A stretch of DNA of 59,082 nt, filler included. It is 4 parts of 4 records of this genome, joined end to end, with 100 filler letters (N's around TTAATTAATTAA, not from the genome) between each part and the next. Parts side by side here need not be neighbours in the genome. Positions count along the whole stretch, not along the records: positions 18,925 to 42,269 come from SRR20825019_1099; positions 42,370 to 50,418 come from SRR20825019_1101; 2 more parts are not named here. The stretch is one strand, 5' to 3'. Below, in pieces: positions 32,208 to 42,827 of the stretch (the first letter of the stretch is position 1; each line of letters starts with the position of its first letter). Position numbers and translations under genes: made by a program. The notes below the pieces were generated by a model, which saw only the letters and a list, made by a program, of their open reading frames with translations, had not been told where the DNA came from and did not search any database.

Positions 32208-34265
32208 ATGACAGAACCTCTGATCGAACGGGAACGACGCGGGCAGATCGGCATCATCCGCATGCAGCGTCCGCCGGTAAATGCGCTCGGGCACGACCTG
32301 CGCGTTGCCATTGCCGAGGCGCACCGGGACTTCGAAGCCGACCCGGCCATCCTCGCCACGGTAATCACCGGCTCCGGCCGTTTCTTCTCCGCCGGCGCCG
32401 ACATCACCGAATTCGATACCGGCCGGCGGCAGCCTTATCTGACCGAACTGATCGCCCAGTTCGAAGCGGGCGAAAAGCCGGTCATCGCCGTCGTCAACGG
32501 CATCGCCTTTGGCGGCGGTTTCGAACTGATACTGGGCTGCGACTACATCTACGCCCTGCCCGCGGCGAAATTCGCCTTCCCCGAAATCAAGCTCGGCAAC
32601 ATGCCCGGTGCGGGCGGTACACAAAAGCTGCCGCGCCTGATCGGCGGACCGAAGGCGCTGGAGGTCATTCTGACCGGCGACGCCTTCACCGCGACGCAAG
32701 CGCTGGCGCTGGGCGTCGTCGAGGCGATCGCCGAGGACGAGGCGGCTGCGCTCGCCGTCGTCGAAAAAGCCATCGCCGATGGATTGCCGCGCAGGCCCAT
32801 CCGCGATCTCTCGATGACCGGATCGCCAGACGAACTCGATGTCGTGGCGGCCGGACATCTCAAGCGCGCCCGCGGCGCGCCCGCCCCGGCAAAGGCGCTT
32901 GAGGCCGTGCGCAAGGCCTATTCCACGCCGATCGACGAGGCGCTCGTGTGGGAACGCGACACCTTCCTCGCCCTCAATGCCTCGCCCGAGGCGCGGGCCG
33001 CGCGGCACCTGTTCTTCGCCGAGCGTGAGGCCCGCAAGATTATCGACCTGCCTGCCGATACCGCCAGACGGCCGATTGCCTCGGCCGGCGTGGTCGGCGC
33101 CGGCACGATGGGGCGCGGCATCGCCATGTGCTTCGCCAATGCCGGCATACCGGTGACGCTTGTCGAGCAGGATGAGACCCGCCTCGGTCAGGCGCTCGCG
33201 AGCGTCCGCGCCACCTATGAGGCGGCCCGCGACAAGGGCAGGCTTTCGGCAGAGGAGGTGGAAACCCGGCTCAAGCTGATTTCCGGCGCAGTCGATCTCT
33301 CGGCCCTTGCCAATGCGGATGTGGTGGTCGAGGCGGTGTTCGAAACGATGGATGTCAAGCGCGCGGTCTTTGGCCGCCTCGACGCCGTCTGCAAGCCGGG
33401 CGCGATCCTTGCCACCAACACCTCGACGCTCGATGTCGACAAAATCGCCGCCGTGACCGGCAGGCCGCAGGATGTGATCGGGCTGCACTTCTTCAGCCCC
33501 GCCCATATCATGAAGCTGCTGGAAGTCGTTTACGGCGACAAGACCGCGCCGGACGTTGTCGCCACCGCCATGGATCTCGGCCAGAAGCTCGGCAAGATCG
33601 CCGTTCTTGTCGGCGTCTGCGACGGCTTTGCCGGCAACCGCATGTTCATCAATTTCAACCGCGAGGCCCAGATCCTGATCGAGGAAGGCGCCCTGCCCTG
33701 GCAGATCGACGCCGTGTTCACCGAGTGGGGCCTCGCCATGGGCCCGCTTTCCGTCATGGATCTCGCCGGTCTCGACATCGGCTACCACATCCGCAAGGCG
33801 CGCGGGCCACAGACGCCCTACCCCTTCACCACGGCCGACCGTCTGGCCGAGGCGGGACGGCTCGGCCAGAAGACCGGGCGCGGCTGGTATGCCTATCGCG
33901 AAGGCGCGCGGCGCGGCGAGCCGGATCCCGAGGTCGAGGCGCTGATCCTTGCCGTTTCACGCGAGAAGGGCATCACCCGGCGCGAAATCCCGAACGAGGA
34001 GATCCTGCATCGCTGCCTCTGGCAACTGGTCAATACCGGCTACCAGATCGTCGAGGAAGGCATCGCCCAGCGCGTCAGCGACCTCGATGTCATCTTCGTC
34101 AACGGCTACGGTTTTCCACGCGCGCGCGGCGGGCCGATGTTCTTCGCCGGGGAAACCGGGCTCGACCGCGTCGCGGCCGATATCGTCCGCTACCACGCGG
34201 AGATCGGACCGCACTGGAAGCCCTCCGCGCTTCTTCTTGAGCGCGCCCGCGCTGCGAAAGCCTGA
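32208..34265 (+). CDS. Enoyl-CoA hydratase/3-hydroxyacyl-CoA dehydrogenase multifunctional enzyme (PimF/FadB-like)
   Basis: FSAGADI, GGGFEL and FPEIKLG crotonase motifs; GAGTMG, NTSTL and GLHFFSPA HAD motifs. Confidence 0.93.
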   Translation: MTEPLIERERRGQIGIIRMQRPPVNALGHDLRVAIAEAHRDFEADPAILATVITGSGRFFSAGADITEFDTGRRQPYLTELIAQFEAGEKPVIAVVNGIAFGGGFELILGCDYIYALPAAKFAFPEIKLGNMPGAGGTQKLPRLIGGPKALEVILTGDAFTATQALALGVVEAIAEDEAAALAVVEKAIADGLPRRPIRDLSMTGSPDELDVVAAGHLKRARGAPAPAKALEAVRKAYSTPIDEALVWERDTFLALNASPEARAARHLFFAEREARKIIDLPADTARRPIASAGVVGAGTMGRGIAMCFANAGIPVTLVEQDETRLGQALASVRATYEAARDKGRLSAEEVETRLKLISGAVDLSALANADVVVEAVFETMDVKRAVFGRLDAVCKPGAILATNTSTLDVDKIAAVTGRPQDVIGLHFFSPAHIMKLLEVVYGDKTAPDVVATAMDLGQKLGKIAVLVGVCDGFAGNRMFINFNREAQILIEEGALPWQIDAVFTEWGLAMGPLSVMDLAGLDIGYHIRKARGPQTPYPFTTADRLAEAGRLGQKTGRGWYAYREGARRGEPDPEVEALILAVSREKGITRREIPNEEILHRCLWQLVNTGYQIVEEGIAQRVSDLDVIFVNGYGFPRARGGPMFFAGETGLDRVAADIVRYHAEIGPHWKPSALLLERARAAKA

Positions 34266-34300
34266 AACACCGGCTCAGCCGACAATAGCGTTCAATGCGA

Positions 34301-34326
34301 AACGGCCGCCTTCTCGGGCGGCCGTT
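34301..34326. terminator. Probable bidirectional intrinsic terminator
   Basis: AACGGCCGCC-TTCTCG-GGCGGCCGTT between convergent genes. Confidence 0.75.
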
Positions 34327-34349
34327 CGTTTACGTCAGGCGTTGGCTCG

Positions 34350-35636
34350 TCAGGCATAACCGAACAATCGCGGGAAGAACATCGTCAGCGCGGGCACATA
34401 GGTGATCAGCAACAGCACCACAATTTCCGCCGCGATGAACGGCAGGATGGCCCGACTGATCTTCGTCAGCGAGACGTTGGAGACCCCGGACGCCGCAAAC
34501 AGCACCAGCCCGAAGGGCGGCGTCGCCAGGCCGATGGTCAGGTTGGTGCAGGTGATCAGACCGAAATGGATCGGATCGACACCGTAATTATAGGCGATCG
34601 GCGCGAGAAGCGGACCAAGCACGATGATCGCGAAGCCCATGTCCAGAAACATGCCGATGATCAGAAATATGACATTGACCAGAAGCAGGAAGACAAGCTT
34701 GTCGTCCGTGATCGAGACGAACGCGAGGGTGACGTGTTCAACGAGATTGAAATAGGTCACCAGCCAGCTGAAGGATTTCGCACAGGCCATGAGAAACATG
34801 ATCATGGCGGTCGTCTTGACCGTGTGGGACAGGATCGGAACGATATCGGAAAGCTTGAGCTTGCGGTAAAACAGGAAGCCGATCGCCAGGCCGTACATCA
34901 CCGCGACCGCCGAAGCCTGCGTCGGGCTGAAGAAGCCGCCGAGAATGCCGCCCATGATGATGACCGGCAACAGCAGCGCCGGGATTCCCCTGAACAGAGC
35001 CAGGAGCAGACTGACGACGCCGACGAAGGGCGTTCTTTCGCCATAGCCCCTGCGGACGGCAAAGAAATAGGCGGTGACCATCAGCGCGATGGCGATCAGC
35101 ACGCCCGGCAACATGCCGGCGAGAAACAGGCCCGCGACCGACACGTTCATCACCGACGCATAGATCAGCATCGGAATGCTGGGCGGAATGATCGGGCCGA
35201 TAACGGAACTCGCTGCCGTCACGGCGGCACTGTAGTCCTCACCGTAGCCGTTCTTTTTCATCGCCGGGACCATGATGCTGCCAACCGCGACGGTATCGGA
35301 AACGGCCGATCCGGTGATGCCCGCGAAAAACATGCTGGCGACGATATTGGTATGGGCCAGGCCGCCGCGAATCCACCCCACCAGCGACGACGACAGCGTC
35401 ATCAGCCTGTCGGTGATACCGGCGCGGTTCATGATCTCGCCGGCCATGATGAAGAACGGAATGGCCAGCAAAAGCATGTTTTCCGTGCTGGTGAACATGC
35501 GCTGGGGAATTTGCAGGAACAGACGCGGATCGCCGATGTCGACATAGACGAAGATCGTCATGAGGACGAGGCACATCGCAATCGGAACGCCGAGCAGAAG
35601 CATCGGCACGAAACTGCCAAAAATAATCGCGATCAA
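34350..35636 (-). CDS. dctM: TRAP transporter large permease
   Basis: LLAIPFF, GSAVSD, IIPPSIP, GLATPPFG. Confidence 0.93.
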   Translation of the reverse strand: MIAIIFGSFVPMLLLGVPIAMCLVLMTIFVYVDIGDPRLFLQIPQRMFTSTENMLLLAIPFFIMAGEIMNRAGITDRLMTLSSSLVGWIRGGLAHTNIVASMFFAGITGSAVSDTVAVGSIMVPAMKKNGYGEDYSAAVTAASSVIGPIIPPSIPMLIYASVMNVSVAGLFLAGMLPGVLIAIALMVTAYFFAVRRGYGERTPFVGVVSLLLALFRGIPALLLPVIIMGGILGGFFSPTQASAVAVMYGLAIGFLFYRKLKLSDIVPILSHTVKTTAMIMFLMACAKSFSWLVTYFNLVEHVTLAFVSITDDKLVFLLLVNVIFLIIGMFLDMGFAIIVLGPLLAPIAYNYGVDPIHFGLITCTNLTIGLATPPFGLVLFAASGVSNVSLTKISRAILPFIAAEIVVLLLITYVPALTMFFPRLFGYA

Positions 35637-35639
35637 GGG

Positions 35640-36155
35640 TCACACTCCGACATTTTGTGCGTCGGCGGCGTTCTTCCTCGGATCGGGAAGCGCTGCGGCG
35701 ACACTGAACAATCCCAGCAGCACGCCGCCGACAGGGACCGAAAGGTAATAATAATAGAGGCTGATGCCGAGATAGAGCGACTTCTGGTACTTGCCGACGA
35801 ACAGCGCCATCTTGTAGCCGAAATAGACCATGACGAAGACGACCACGAGGGCCAGCAGCATGTAGATCACGCTGAGCACGGTCTTCAAAAACGGTCCGAC
35901 CAGCTCATAGACAAACTCCACCCCGATATGGCCGCCATGGCGCGCGATGACGCCGGCGCCGATAAAGGTAAGCCAGGCAAAGAACAGATTGCTGATTTCC
36001 TCCGACCAGACCGGAGAATTCCCCACAAACTGGTTCACGATGATTTCATAGGCGGTACTGAGAAACAGCAGTCCGGCCAGCGTGATGGCGATCGCCATGC
36101 ACAGCTTTTCCAGCCCGTCCATCAGAACCTGATATCCAACGAGAAGCTTTTTCAT
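35640..36155 (-). CDS. dctQ: TRAP transporter small permease
   Basis: Four TM segments, WSEEI and HIGV motifs; lies between dctP and dctM. Confidence 0.88.
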   Translation of the reverse strand: MKKLLVGYQVLMDGLEKLCMAIAITLAGLLFLSTAYEIIVNQFVGNSPVWSEEISNLFFAWLTFIGAGVIARHGGHIGVEFVYELVGPFLKTVLSVIYMLLALVVVFVMVYFGYKMALFVGKYQKSLYLGISLYYYYLSVPVGGVLLGLFSVAAALPDPRKNAADAQNVGV

Positions 36156-36186
36156 TCCGACGATCTCCCTGCCACCGCGGTCCGGA

Positions 36187-36215
36187 CGCATGCAAACCCG
36201 ACGGATTTGCATGCG
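36187..36215. other. Intercistronic hairpin downstream of dctP
   Basis: CGCATGCAAA...TTTGCATGCG. Confidence 0.5.
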
Positions 36216-36307
36216 CGCGGCTTGACGAAGCGGGCGCGCTAGGAACGCTCGGCAGACAGCCGACCGCCAGAGCCCTTCGCGAATGCCCGCCCGTTCGCTT
36301 CCGCTGC

Positions 36308-37345
36308 CTAGCGCTGACTTTCAGCTTCCTTGGTGGCGGCGAGAATGCGGTCGACCCATTCCCGGCCGTCCGGACCCATCTGCCTCAGAACCATGTCGAC
36401 ATAGGGCTGCTGGGAAAGTTCGCGGAACTCGGCGAGCTCTGCCTTGGTCGGATAGTAGAAGACCGCGCCTTCCTTCTCCATCGCACCCTGGATCACCAGC
36501 GAGGAGAGCAGCGACTGGGCATTGCCGACGCGGTTGCACAAATCCCCTGCCCGCAGCATCAGAGTCTGGTTTTCAGGCGACAGCGACTGGAAGAACTCCT
36601 CATTGATGAGAACCGGGTGCAGATTGTAGCTGTGCCGGGTCACGGTGACATAGGGGTTCACCTCATAGAGCTTTGACGAATACATCGAATAGAGCTCGGT
36701 ATCGTGGCCGGCAGCCATGCCGGACTGCAGGGCAGTGTAGAGTTCGTCCCAGCTGATCGTAACGGTATTGGCGCCCCAGGCGCGGAACATGGCCAGCAGT
36801 CCCGGATTTTCCGGCACGCGCATCTTCATGCCCTTCATGTCGGCGACGCTGTGGATCGGCTTGTCCGCGTAGATATTGCGGAATCCGGCGCCTTCCGGCC
36901 AGGCCAGAACACGAAGACCGGTCTTTTCCAGGACGGTTTCGGCAAGCGCATCGCCGAAGGGACCATCCATGACCTGCCAGGCCGTCAGACTGTCCGGGAA
37001 AACATACGGTATCTGCGTGACTGCCATTTCCGATACAAACGGCACAAGGATCGACGTATAGGCGCCGACCATCTGGATCACGCCGGTTTGCGCCGATTCA
37101 ACCATCGCACGGGCGCCGCCGAGCGATCCGTCCGGATAGACGTCGAGTTCGAGTTCGCCCTCGGAGCCGACCGCGAGATACTCCTTCATCGCGGCAACGC
37201 AAGCCGTTCGCCCCGCTCCCGGCAGATGCAGGTCGGCCTCGGAACTGTGGCCGATCTTGATGACAATCGGCTCGGCGCTGGCAGCGCTGACCGTCATGCC
37301 AACCGTCATCGCCGCACCGAGCGCGAGTGCTGCAAATTTGTTCAT
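36308..37345 (-). CDS. dctP: TRAP transporter substrate-binding protein
   Basis: Signal peptide, YPDGSLG, GFRN, DMKGMKMRVP (conserved Arg), ELYTALQSG. Confidence 0.93.
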   Translation of the reverse strand: MNKFAALALGAAMTVGMTVSAASAEPIVIKIGHSSEADLHLPGAGRTACVAAMKEYLAVGSEGELELDVYPDGSLGGARAMVESAQTGVIQMVGAYTSILVPFVSEMAVTQIPYVFPDSLTAWQVMDGPFGDALAETVLEKTGLRVLAWPEGAGFRNIYADKPIHSVADMKGMKMRVPENPGLLAMFRAWGANTVTISWDELYTALQSGMAAGHDTELYSMYSSKLYEVNPYVTVTRHSYNLHPVLINEEFFQSLSPENQTLMLRAGDLCNRVGNAQSLLSSLVIQGAMEKEGAVFYYPTKAELAEFRELSQQPYVDMVLRQMGPDGREWVDRILAATKEAESQR

Positions 37346-37442
37346 GTAATTCCTCCCCGTCCCGTTTCCTCCTGATGAGCGGCGGCCCGATTCGCCCTCC
37401 CGGCGTCTTGACCACCATGCGCGACCTGGGACAAAAGATCAC

Positions 37443-37461
37443 TTTTGAAACTGTATTTTAA
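37443..37461. promoter_or_regulatory. Palindromic operator (copy 2) upstream of dctP
   Basis: TTTTGAAACTGTATTTTAA; 17/19 identical to 22102-22120. Confidence 0.6.
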
Positions 37462-37551
37462 AAATGTATCGTTGTCGACAGCCTTGCCCTCAAACCGCGC
37501 GTCAAAGACATCGAAAATCCGTTTTGCCGCCGGCCCTAGGCCGCACTTGCG

Positions 37552-37591
37552 GAACACAGTAAGAACATGTATATTCGTTCTGGATTTGTTT
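37552..37591. promoter_or_regulatory. Alphaproteobacterial SOS boxes
   Basis: GAAC-ACAGTAA-GAAC (37552-37566) and GTTC-TGGATTT-GTTT (37577-37591) directly upstream of lexA. Confidence 0.85.
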
Positions 37592-37611
37592 CGAAGGACC
37601 AGGGGCAGGAA

Positions 37612-38319
37612 ATGCTGACACGCAAACAACAGGAATTGCTGTTTTTCATTCACGAACGGATGAAAGAAACGGGCATTCCGCCCTCCTTTGATGAGATGAA
37701 GGAAGCGCTCGACCTCGCGTCGAAATCGGGCATTCACCGGTTGATCACCGCGCTGGAGGAGCGCGGCTTCATCCGCCGGCTTCCCAACCGCGCCCGGGCG
37801 CTTGAAATCCTGCGCATGCCGGACAGCATGATGGGCCAGCCGCCGCGCCGGGGTTTCTCCCCAAGCGTGATCGAGGGCTCGCTCGGCAAGAAACAGGAAG
37901 AGCCGAAGACGCCGGTCGGCAACAATGACGGCGGCTCGGCCGGCATACCGGTCATGGGGCGGATTGCCGCAGGCGTGCCGATTTCGGCCATTCAGGAAAA
38001 TACCCATCAGATCACCGTGCCGGCGGAAATGCTGGGCGCGGGAGAGCATTACGCGCTTGAGGTGCAGGGCGATTCGATGATCGAGGCCGGGATATTCGAT
38101 GGCGACACGGTGATCATCCGCAATATCTCCACCGCGTCGCCCGGCGATATCGTCGTGGCGCTCGTCAATGACGAGGAAGCGACCCTGAAGCGGTTCCGCC
38201 GCAAGGGCGCATCAATCGCGCTGGAAGCGGCCAATCCCGCTTACGAGACCCGCATTTTCGCCGCGAGTCAGGTCAAGGTTCAGGGCAAACTGGTCGGTCT
38301 GATCCGCCGTTACCACTGA
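37612..38319 (+). CDS. lexA: SOS repressor LexA
   Basis: MLTRKQ, PPSFDEM, IAAG cleavage site, GDSM (Ser), TLKRF (Lys). Confidence 0.97.
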   Translation: MLTRKQQELLFFIHERMKETGIPPSFDEMKEALDLASKSGIHRLITALEERGFIRRLPNRARALEILRMPDSMMGQPPRRGFSPSVIEGSLGKKQEEPKTPVGNNDGGSAGIPVMGRIAAGVPISAIQENTHQITVPAEMLGAGEHYALEVQGDSMIEAGIFDGDTVIIRNISTASPGDIVVALVNDEEATLKRFRRKGASIALEAANPAYETRIFAASQVKVQGKLVGLIRRYH

Positions 38320-40915
38320 AGGTGAGTGTCTCCGGAACCACAATTGCCGGCAGGTATTCGCCGGAGCGCCAGTCGTAGAGCCGGTGCCTGTTCCAGGGTC
38401 GATCGAGCGCTGTGACCGAGGTTTTGAGCGAAACACTTATCGGATCGCCCGAAGGCTGACGGACTTCCCGGGAGACGGTCTGCGGCATGGCCTGTGCAAT
38501 GGCAGCGCCGCCTGTCGCGAAGGCCGTGGCGCTTCCGTCTCCCGTTTCAGTTGCGCCGGCGTCTGTGTAGAGGGCAATGTTTCGGGGCTGTCGTGACGTG
38601 TCGTTGCCGGGACGTTCGCGCGCGACCGCCGGCGATAGCGTGAATTGAAATGCGCCGCGCTGCCGGCGCATTGCCGGGGTGATCAGGTAGGCGCCGGAGC
38701 GGCAGGACTGGAAGCCGGGACGGTATCGGCTGACGACAATATCGGCATTATCGCAGGCAAGCCCGGTGAAGGCCGGTCGTTCGACCGCCATGATTCGAAG
38801 CCCCGTAAAGACCGCATAGCACCATGCATCGTCCTCGCACCGGAAGATGCCGGGCATCCGCTCGGCCTCGGCGATCGTGTTGCGCAACGTTTCGGCGGCA
38901 TGGGCCATATCCGACGCATCCAGCCGGGCGAAGCGGTCCTGCTGTTTCAACACCAGCGCGCCTTCCTCCACAGGCGGCGCCGTTTGCGATAGCGCAAGTG
39001 CGGTTTCCCACTGTTCGAATACGAAGGACGGCGGCCGTCTGGTGTTGAGCGCGGCGACATCGCCGACGACAATCGCGACGAGGTCGCCATCGCCGGCCAC
39101 CAGGATCAGGGGCGGCGAAGGGCCGCGCGGCCAGGAAATCAGCGCGAAGGAGAGTGCCATCGGTATGACGCCAAGCAACCGCAACCTCGTGCGCAGCAGC
39201 ACGAGCGGCAGGAACCCGGCCAGGAAAAGAAGCAGAAATCCCGCCGGAGCACGGCCTGTGGTGAACGCGCCGCCGAGGCCATCGACCCATGTCGCGGCCT
39301 GCATCACCCAATCGAGCCCCCAGCCCATGACCACCAGAAAAGGGGCGTGAAGATTGAGCGGCATGGCAAGCAATGACAGCAGTCCGGCGGGCATGACGAC
39401 AAAGGTCACCACCGGCATGGCGAGCAGGTTGCCGAGAAGCCCGTAGCCGGCGATGCGCGAGAAATGATGGATCGCAAACGGCGTCGTTGAAAGCCCCCCG
39501 ATCAATGCGGTCAGCACAATGCCCGAGAAGGCGATCCACAGCCAGCGGAGCACTCCCCGGCGCTGGTGAAACCCGCCTTCGGGCCGGCGCTGCCATGCGC
39601 CATAGCCCGCAATCAGCGCAAGCGTTGCGGCAAACGACATCTGCATCCCCGGCCCCGCCACCTCGGCTGGGGTCACGATCAGGATCACGAGTGCCGCCAG
39701 CGCGACATTGCGCAGGCTGATCGCCGGGCGGTCGAAGATCGCCGCCGCAAGCATCACCGCCAGCATGATGAAGGCGCGTTCGGCGGAGACCTGCATTCCG
39801 GAAATCAACAGATAGAAAAGGGCAGCCGCGATCGCGGCGGCGGCCGCGATTTTTTTGGTCGAAATCGCCTCCGCCGCCCGCGGCGACAGGGCCAGCAGCA
39901 GCCTGAGGCTCGAAAAGAAGATGCCGGCGGCAAGCGCCATGTGCAGGCCGGAAATAGCAATGATATGGGCAAGGCCGGCATTACGCAGCGCATCGAGCAT
40001 GTCATCACTCAACGCCCGGCGCTCGCCGGTGATGATCGCATTGGCGAAGGCGCCGGTATCGCCCGCGAGGACGGTCCGGATGCGCCCTGCAATGCCATCG
40101 CGAATTCGCTCGATCGCCAGCGCTGCCTCAGCGCGCGGCCCCGGCGCGGGCGGGCGGCCGATATCCTTCGGCGGGCCATAGAAAAAGCCCACCGCGCCGA
40201 CGCCATCGAAATAGGACAGAAACCCGAAATCAACCAGACCGGGCATCACCGGCGCGGAAGGCGGCAGCAATCGTCCGAGCCCCTGAATGGTGTGGCCGAT
40301 CGGGACCGGCGGCAAATTGCCGCGGGCCACAAGCGTCACGCGCTCGGGCGGGCGGTGTATGACCGGGTCATCCGTTGCCGTCACCGCAACCACATAGCGC
40401 CAACCGGTTTCCGTCGGCTCGCGGCTTTCCACAACGCCGGCGATATGGGTGGTCACGGGCGAATCGAGCATCACGGTGGCGCGCCGGCCGGTCTCTGTCG
40501 CGGCAAGCAGGGCGCCGCACAGGAACAGCGCGAGACCGGCGCTGGAAAGCTGAAGAAAACCCCTTCCGTTGCGCAGCAAGACGGCCGCAAGCACCGAAAG
40601 GCCGCAATAGAGCGCAAGGCCGGGCAATGCCGGGCTTTGGGAAAGCGAAAACCACCAGCATATCCCGGCTGCGAGAGCAACCGGAACCATGAGGAAGACC
40701 CGGCCGAAAGCCTGCTCCTCGCGCCACAATGCGCCAAGGTTGAACAGCCCGGCCCGGCCGGCGTCGCACCGGTCGAAATCCGCGTCTGCGGGACCTGTCG
40801 AACGGCGGGGCCTGAAGAGCGCGGGAAGCCGGGCGGCGCCGGCGCGCCGGGCTTCCGCCTTTTCCCTCTCGCTCGTGCCAGCCCCGCTCCCGCGCATCCG
40901 CAATCGCCGCCCCAC
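38273..40915 (-). CDS. comEC: ComEC/Rec2 competence protein (start uncertain)
   Basis: [28 protein letters not shown]; multi-TM protein; conserved lexA-comEC-gltA context. Confidence 0.92.
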   Translation of the reverse strand: MGRRLRMRGSGAGTSEREKAEARRAGAARLPALFRPRRSTGPADADFDRCDAGRAGLFNLGALWREEQAFGRVFLMVPVALAAGICWWFSLSQSPALPGLALYCGLSVLAAVLLRNGRGFLQLSSAGLALFLCGALLAATETGRRATVMLDSPVTTHIAGVVESREPTETGWRYVVAVTATDDPVIHRPPERVTLVARGNLPPVPIGHTIQGLGRLLPPSAPVMPGLVDFGFLSYFDGVGAVGFFYGPPKDIGRPPAPGPRAEAALAIERIRDGIAGRIRTVLAGDTGAFANAIITGERRALSDDMLDALRNAGLAHIIAISGLHMALAAGIFFSSLRLLLALSPRAAEAISTKKIAAAAAIAAALFYLLISGMQVSAERAFIMLAVMLAAAIFDRPAISLRNVALAALVILIVTPAEVAGPGMQMSFAATLALIAGYGAWQRRPEGGFHQRRGVLRWLWIAFSGIVLTALIGGLSTTPFAIHHFSRIAGYGLLGNLLAMPVVTFVVMPAGLLSLLAMPLNLHAPFLVVMGWGLDWVMQAATWVDGLGGAFTTGRAPAGFLLLFLAGFLPLVLLRTRLRLLGVIPMALSFALISWPRGPSPPLILVAGDGDLVAIVVGDVAALNTRRPPSFVFEQWETALALSQTAPPVEEGALVLKQQDRFARLDASDMAHAAETLRNTIAEAERMPGIFRCEDDAWCYAVFTGLRIMAVERPAFTGLACDNADIVVSRYRPGFQSCRSGAYLITPAMRRQRGAFQFTLSPAVARERPGNDTSRQPRNIALYTDAGATETGDGSATAFATGGAAIAQAMPQTVSREVRQPSGDPISVSLKTSVTALDRPWNRHRLYDWRSGEYLPAIVVPETLTFSGNGGSDRPVCPEP

Positions 40916-41138
40916 AACTTTTACATGTTGTGGCCAATGCTAATCGATTGCAATGCAAGCGCTGGCCGCATAAGCAAAATTTTCCTTTTCTAAACCCCGA
41001 AAAACTTGCTAAACGCAGATATTACTCATCACCCGCCGCGCGGCTTCGTCGGCTTGGCAACAGCCTGCCAGTCCTATAGCTGATTAAAATCCCGATTGGC
41101 TTCGATAGCGCATCCGCGCCGGAAATTTGGAGGATAGG

Positions 41139-42269
41139 ATGACGGAAACTGGAAAACTAAAACTCGACGGCCAGGAACTAGAGCTGTCTGTGGAAGAAGG
41201 CACGTTCGGGCCCAAAGTCCTCGACATCGGTTCGCTCTACAAGCAGTCGGGCATGTTCACCTACGATCCGGGTTTCACCTCGACCGCATCGTGCAAATCC
41301 AAGATCACCTATATCGACGGTGACAACGGCATCCTGCTGCATCGCGGTTACCCGATCGATCAGCTCGCCGAAAACGCCGACTTCCTCGAAGTCTGCTATC
41401 TGCTGCTTTTCGGCGAGCTGCCGACGGCCACGCAGAAGAAGGATTTCGATTTCCGCGTGACCCATCACACGATGATTCACGATCAACTCACGAGGCTCTT
41501 TACCGGTTTCCGCCGTGATGCCCATCCCATGGCCATCATCTGCGGCGCCGTTGGAGCCATGTCTGCCTTCTATCACGACTCGATCGACATCTCCGATCCC
41601 TACAAGCGCGAGATCGCCAGCATCCGCATGATCGCCAAGATCCCGACGATCGCGGCCATGGCCTACAAATATCACTGCGGCGAACCCTTCGTCTATCCGC
41701 GCAACGACCTCGGCTATGCCGCCAATTTCCTGCATATGTGCTTCGCCACGCCCTGCGAGGAATACAAGGTCAATCCGATCCTTGCGCGCGCGCTCGACCG
41801 CATCTTCATCCTGCACGCAGACCACGAGCAGAACGCCTCGACCTCGACCGTGCGGCTTGCCGGCTCCTCGGGCGCCAACCCGTTCGCCTGCATCGCGGCC
41901 GGTATCGCCTGCCTCTGGGGTCCCGCACATGGCGGCGCCAACGAGGCGGCGCTCAACATGCTGCAGGAAATCGGCTCGGTTGACCGTATCCCGGAATTCA
42001 TCAACCGCGCCAAGGATCGCGACGATCCCTTCCGCCTGATGGGCTTCGGTCACCGCGTCTACAAGAACTACGATCCGCGCGCCAAGATCATGCAGACGAC
42101 GTGCCATGAAGTGCTGCGCGAACTCGGCATCAAGGACGATCCGTTGCTGGATGTCGCGATGGAACTGGAAAAGATCGCGCTGACGGACGAGTACTTCATC
42201 GAAAAGAAGCTCTATCCGAATATCGACTTCTATTCCGGTATCACGCTGAAGGCGCTGGGCTTCCCCACC
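41139..42269 (+). CDS. gltA: Type II citrate synthase, truncated by the contig end
   Basis: [47 protein letters not shown]. Confidence 0.97.
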
Positions 42270-42369
42270 NNNNNNNNNNNNNNNNNNNNNNNNNNNNNNN
42301 NNNNNNNNNNNNNTTAATTAATTAANNNNNNNNNNNNNNNNNNNNNNNNNNNNNNNNNNNNNNNNNNNN
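42270..42369. other. Artificial contig linker
   Basis: N44-TTAATTAATTAA-N44. Confidence 0.99.
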
Positions 42370-42496
42370 TTCCGGGCTTTGGTGTTTGCTTTGATAATCT
42401 GAGAATATTGCGGAGTGAAAATGACCCCGCGAAGAACGTATTTCGCAGTTAATAAGCTAAGTTCGAGGATTCATGGTCCAGCGAATTTCTCAAGAT

Positions 42497-42721
42497 TCAA
42501 TCTGAACTCACTTTGGGTTTTTTCCTGTCTTTCCATTTTTCGATTTGAAGCGCGGCATCAAGACCCGCACTTAAACCCCATGCTGCACCGATAACTGTAA
42601 ATACCGTGGCGCCCGCAATTGCACCAAATGGGCCACCTACTAATCCAGTTCCTGCGCCTAAAGTGGCACCTGCGGTGCCGCCTGCGATCATACCGGTTAG
42701 TCTTGATTTCAATTCAGTCAT
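42497..42721 (-). CDS. Small glycine-zipper membrane protein (74 aa)
   Basis: GAGG RBS before the ATG; long run of GxxxG repeats and a basic C-terminal tail; AT-rich relative to its neighbours. Confidence 0.7.
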   Translation of the reverse strand: MTELKSRLTGMIAGGTAGATLGAGTGLVGGPFGAIAGATVFTVIGAAWGLSAGLDAALQIEKWKDRKKPKVSSD

Positions 42722-42827
42722 ATTTCCTCAAATCTGGTAGTTTAAAAAATATAATAATTTCAGAAAGATAAATATGTTGATACACTCTTTTCTGAACATA
42801 GCAACTTAATGATTTTTGACACCAACT

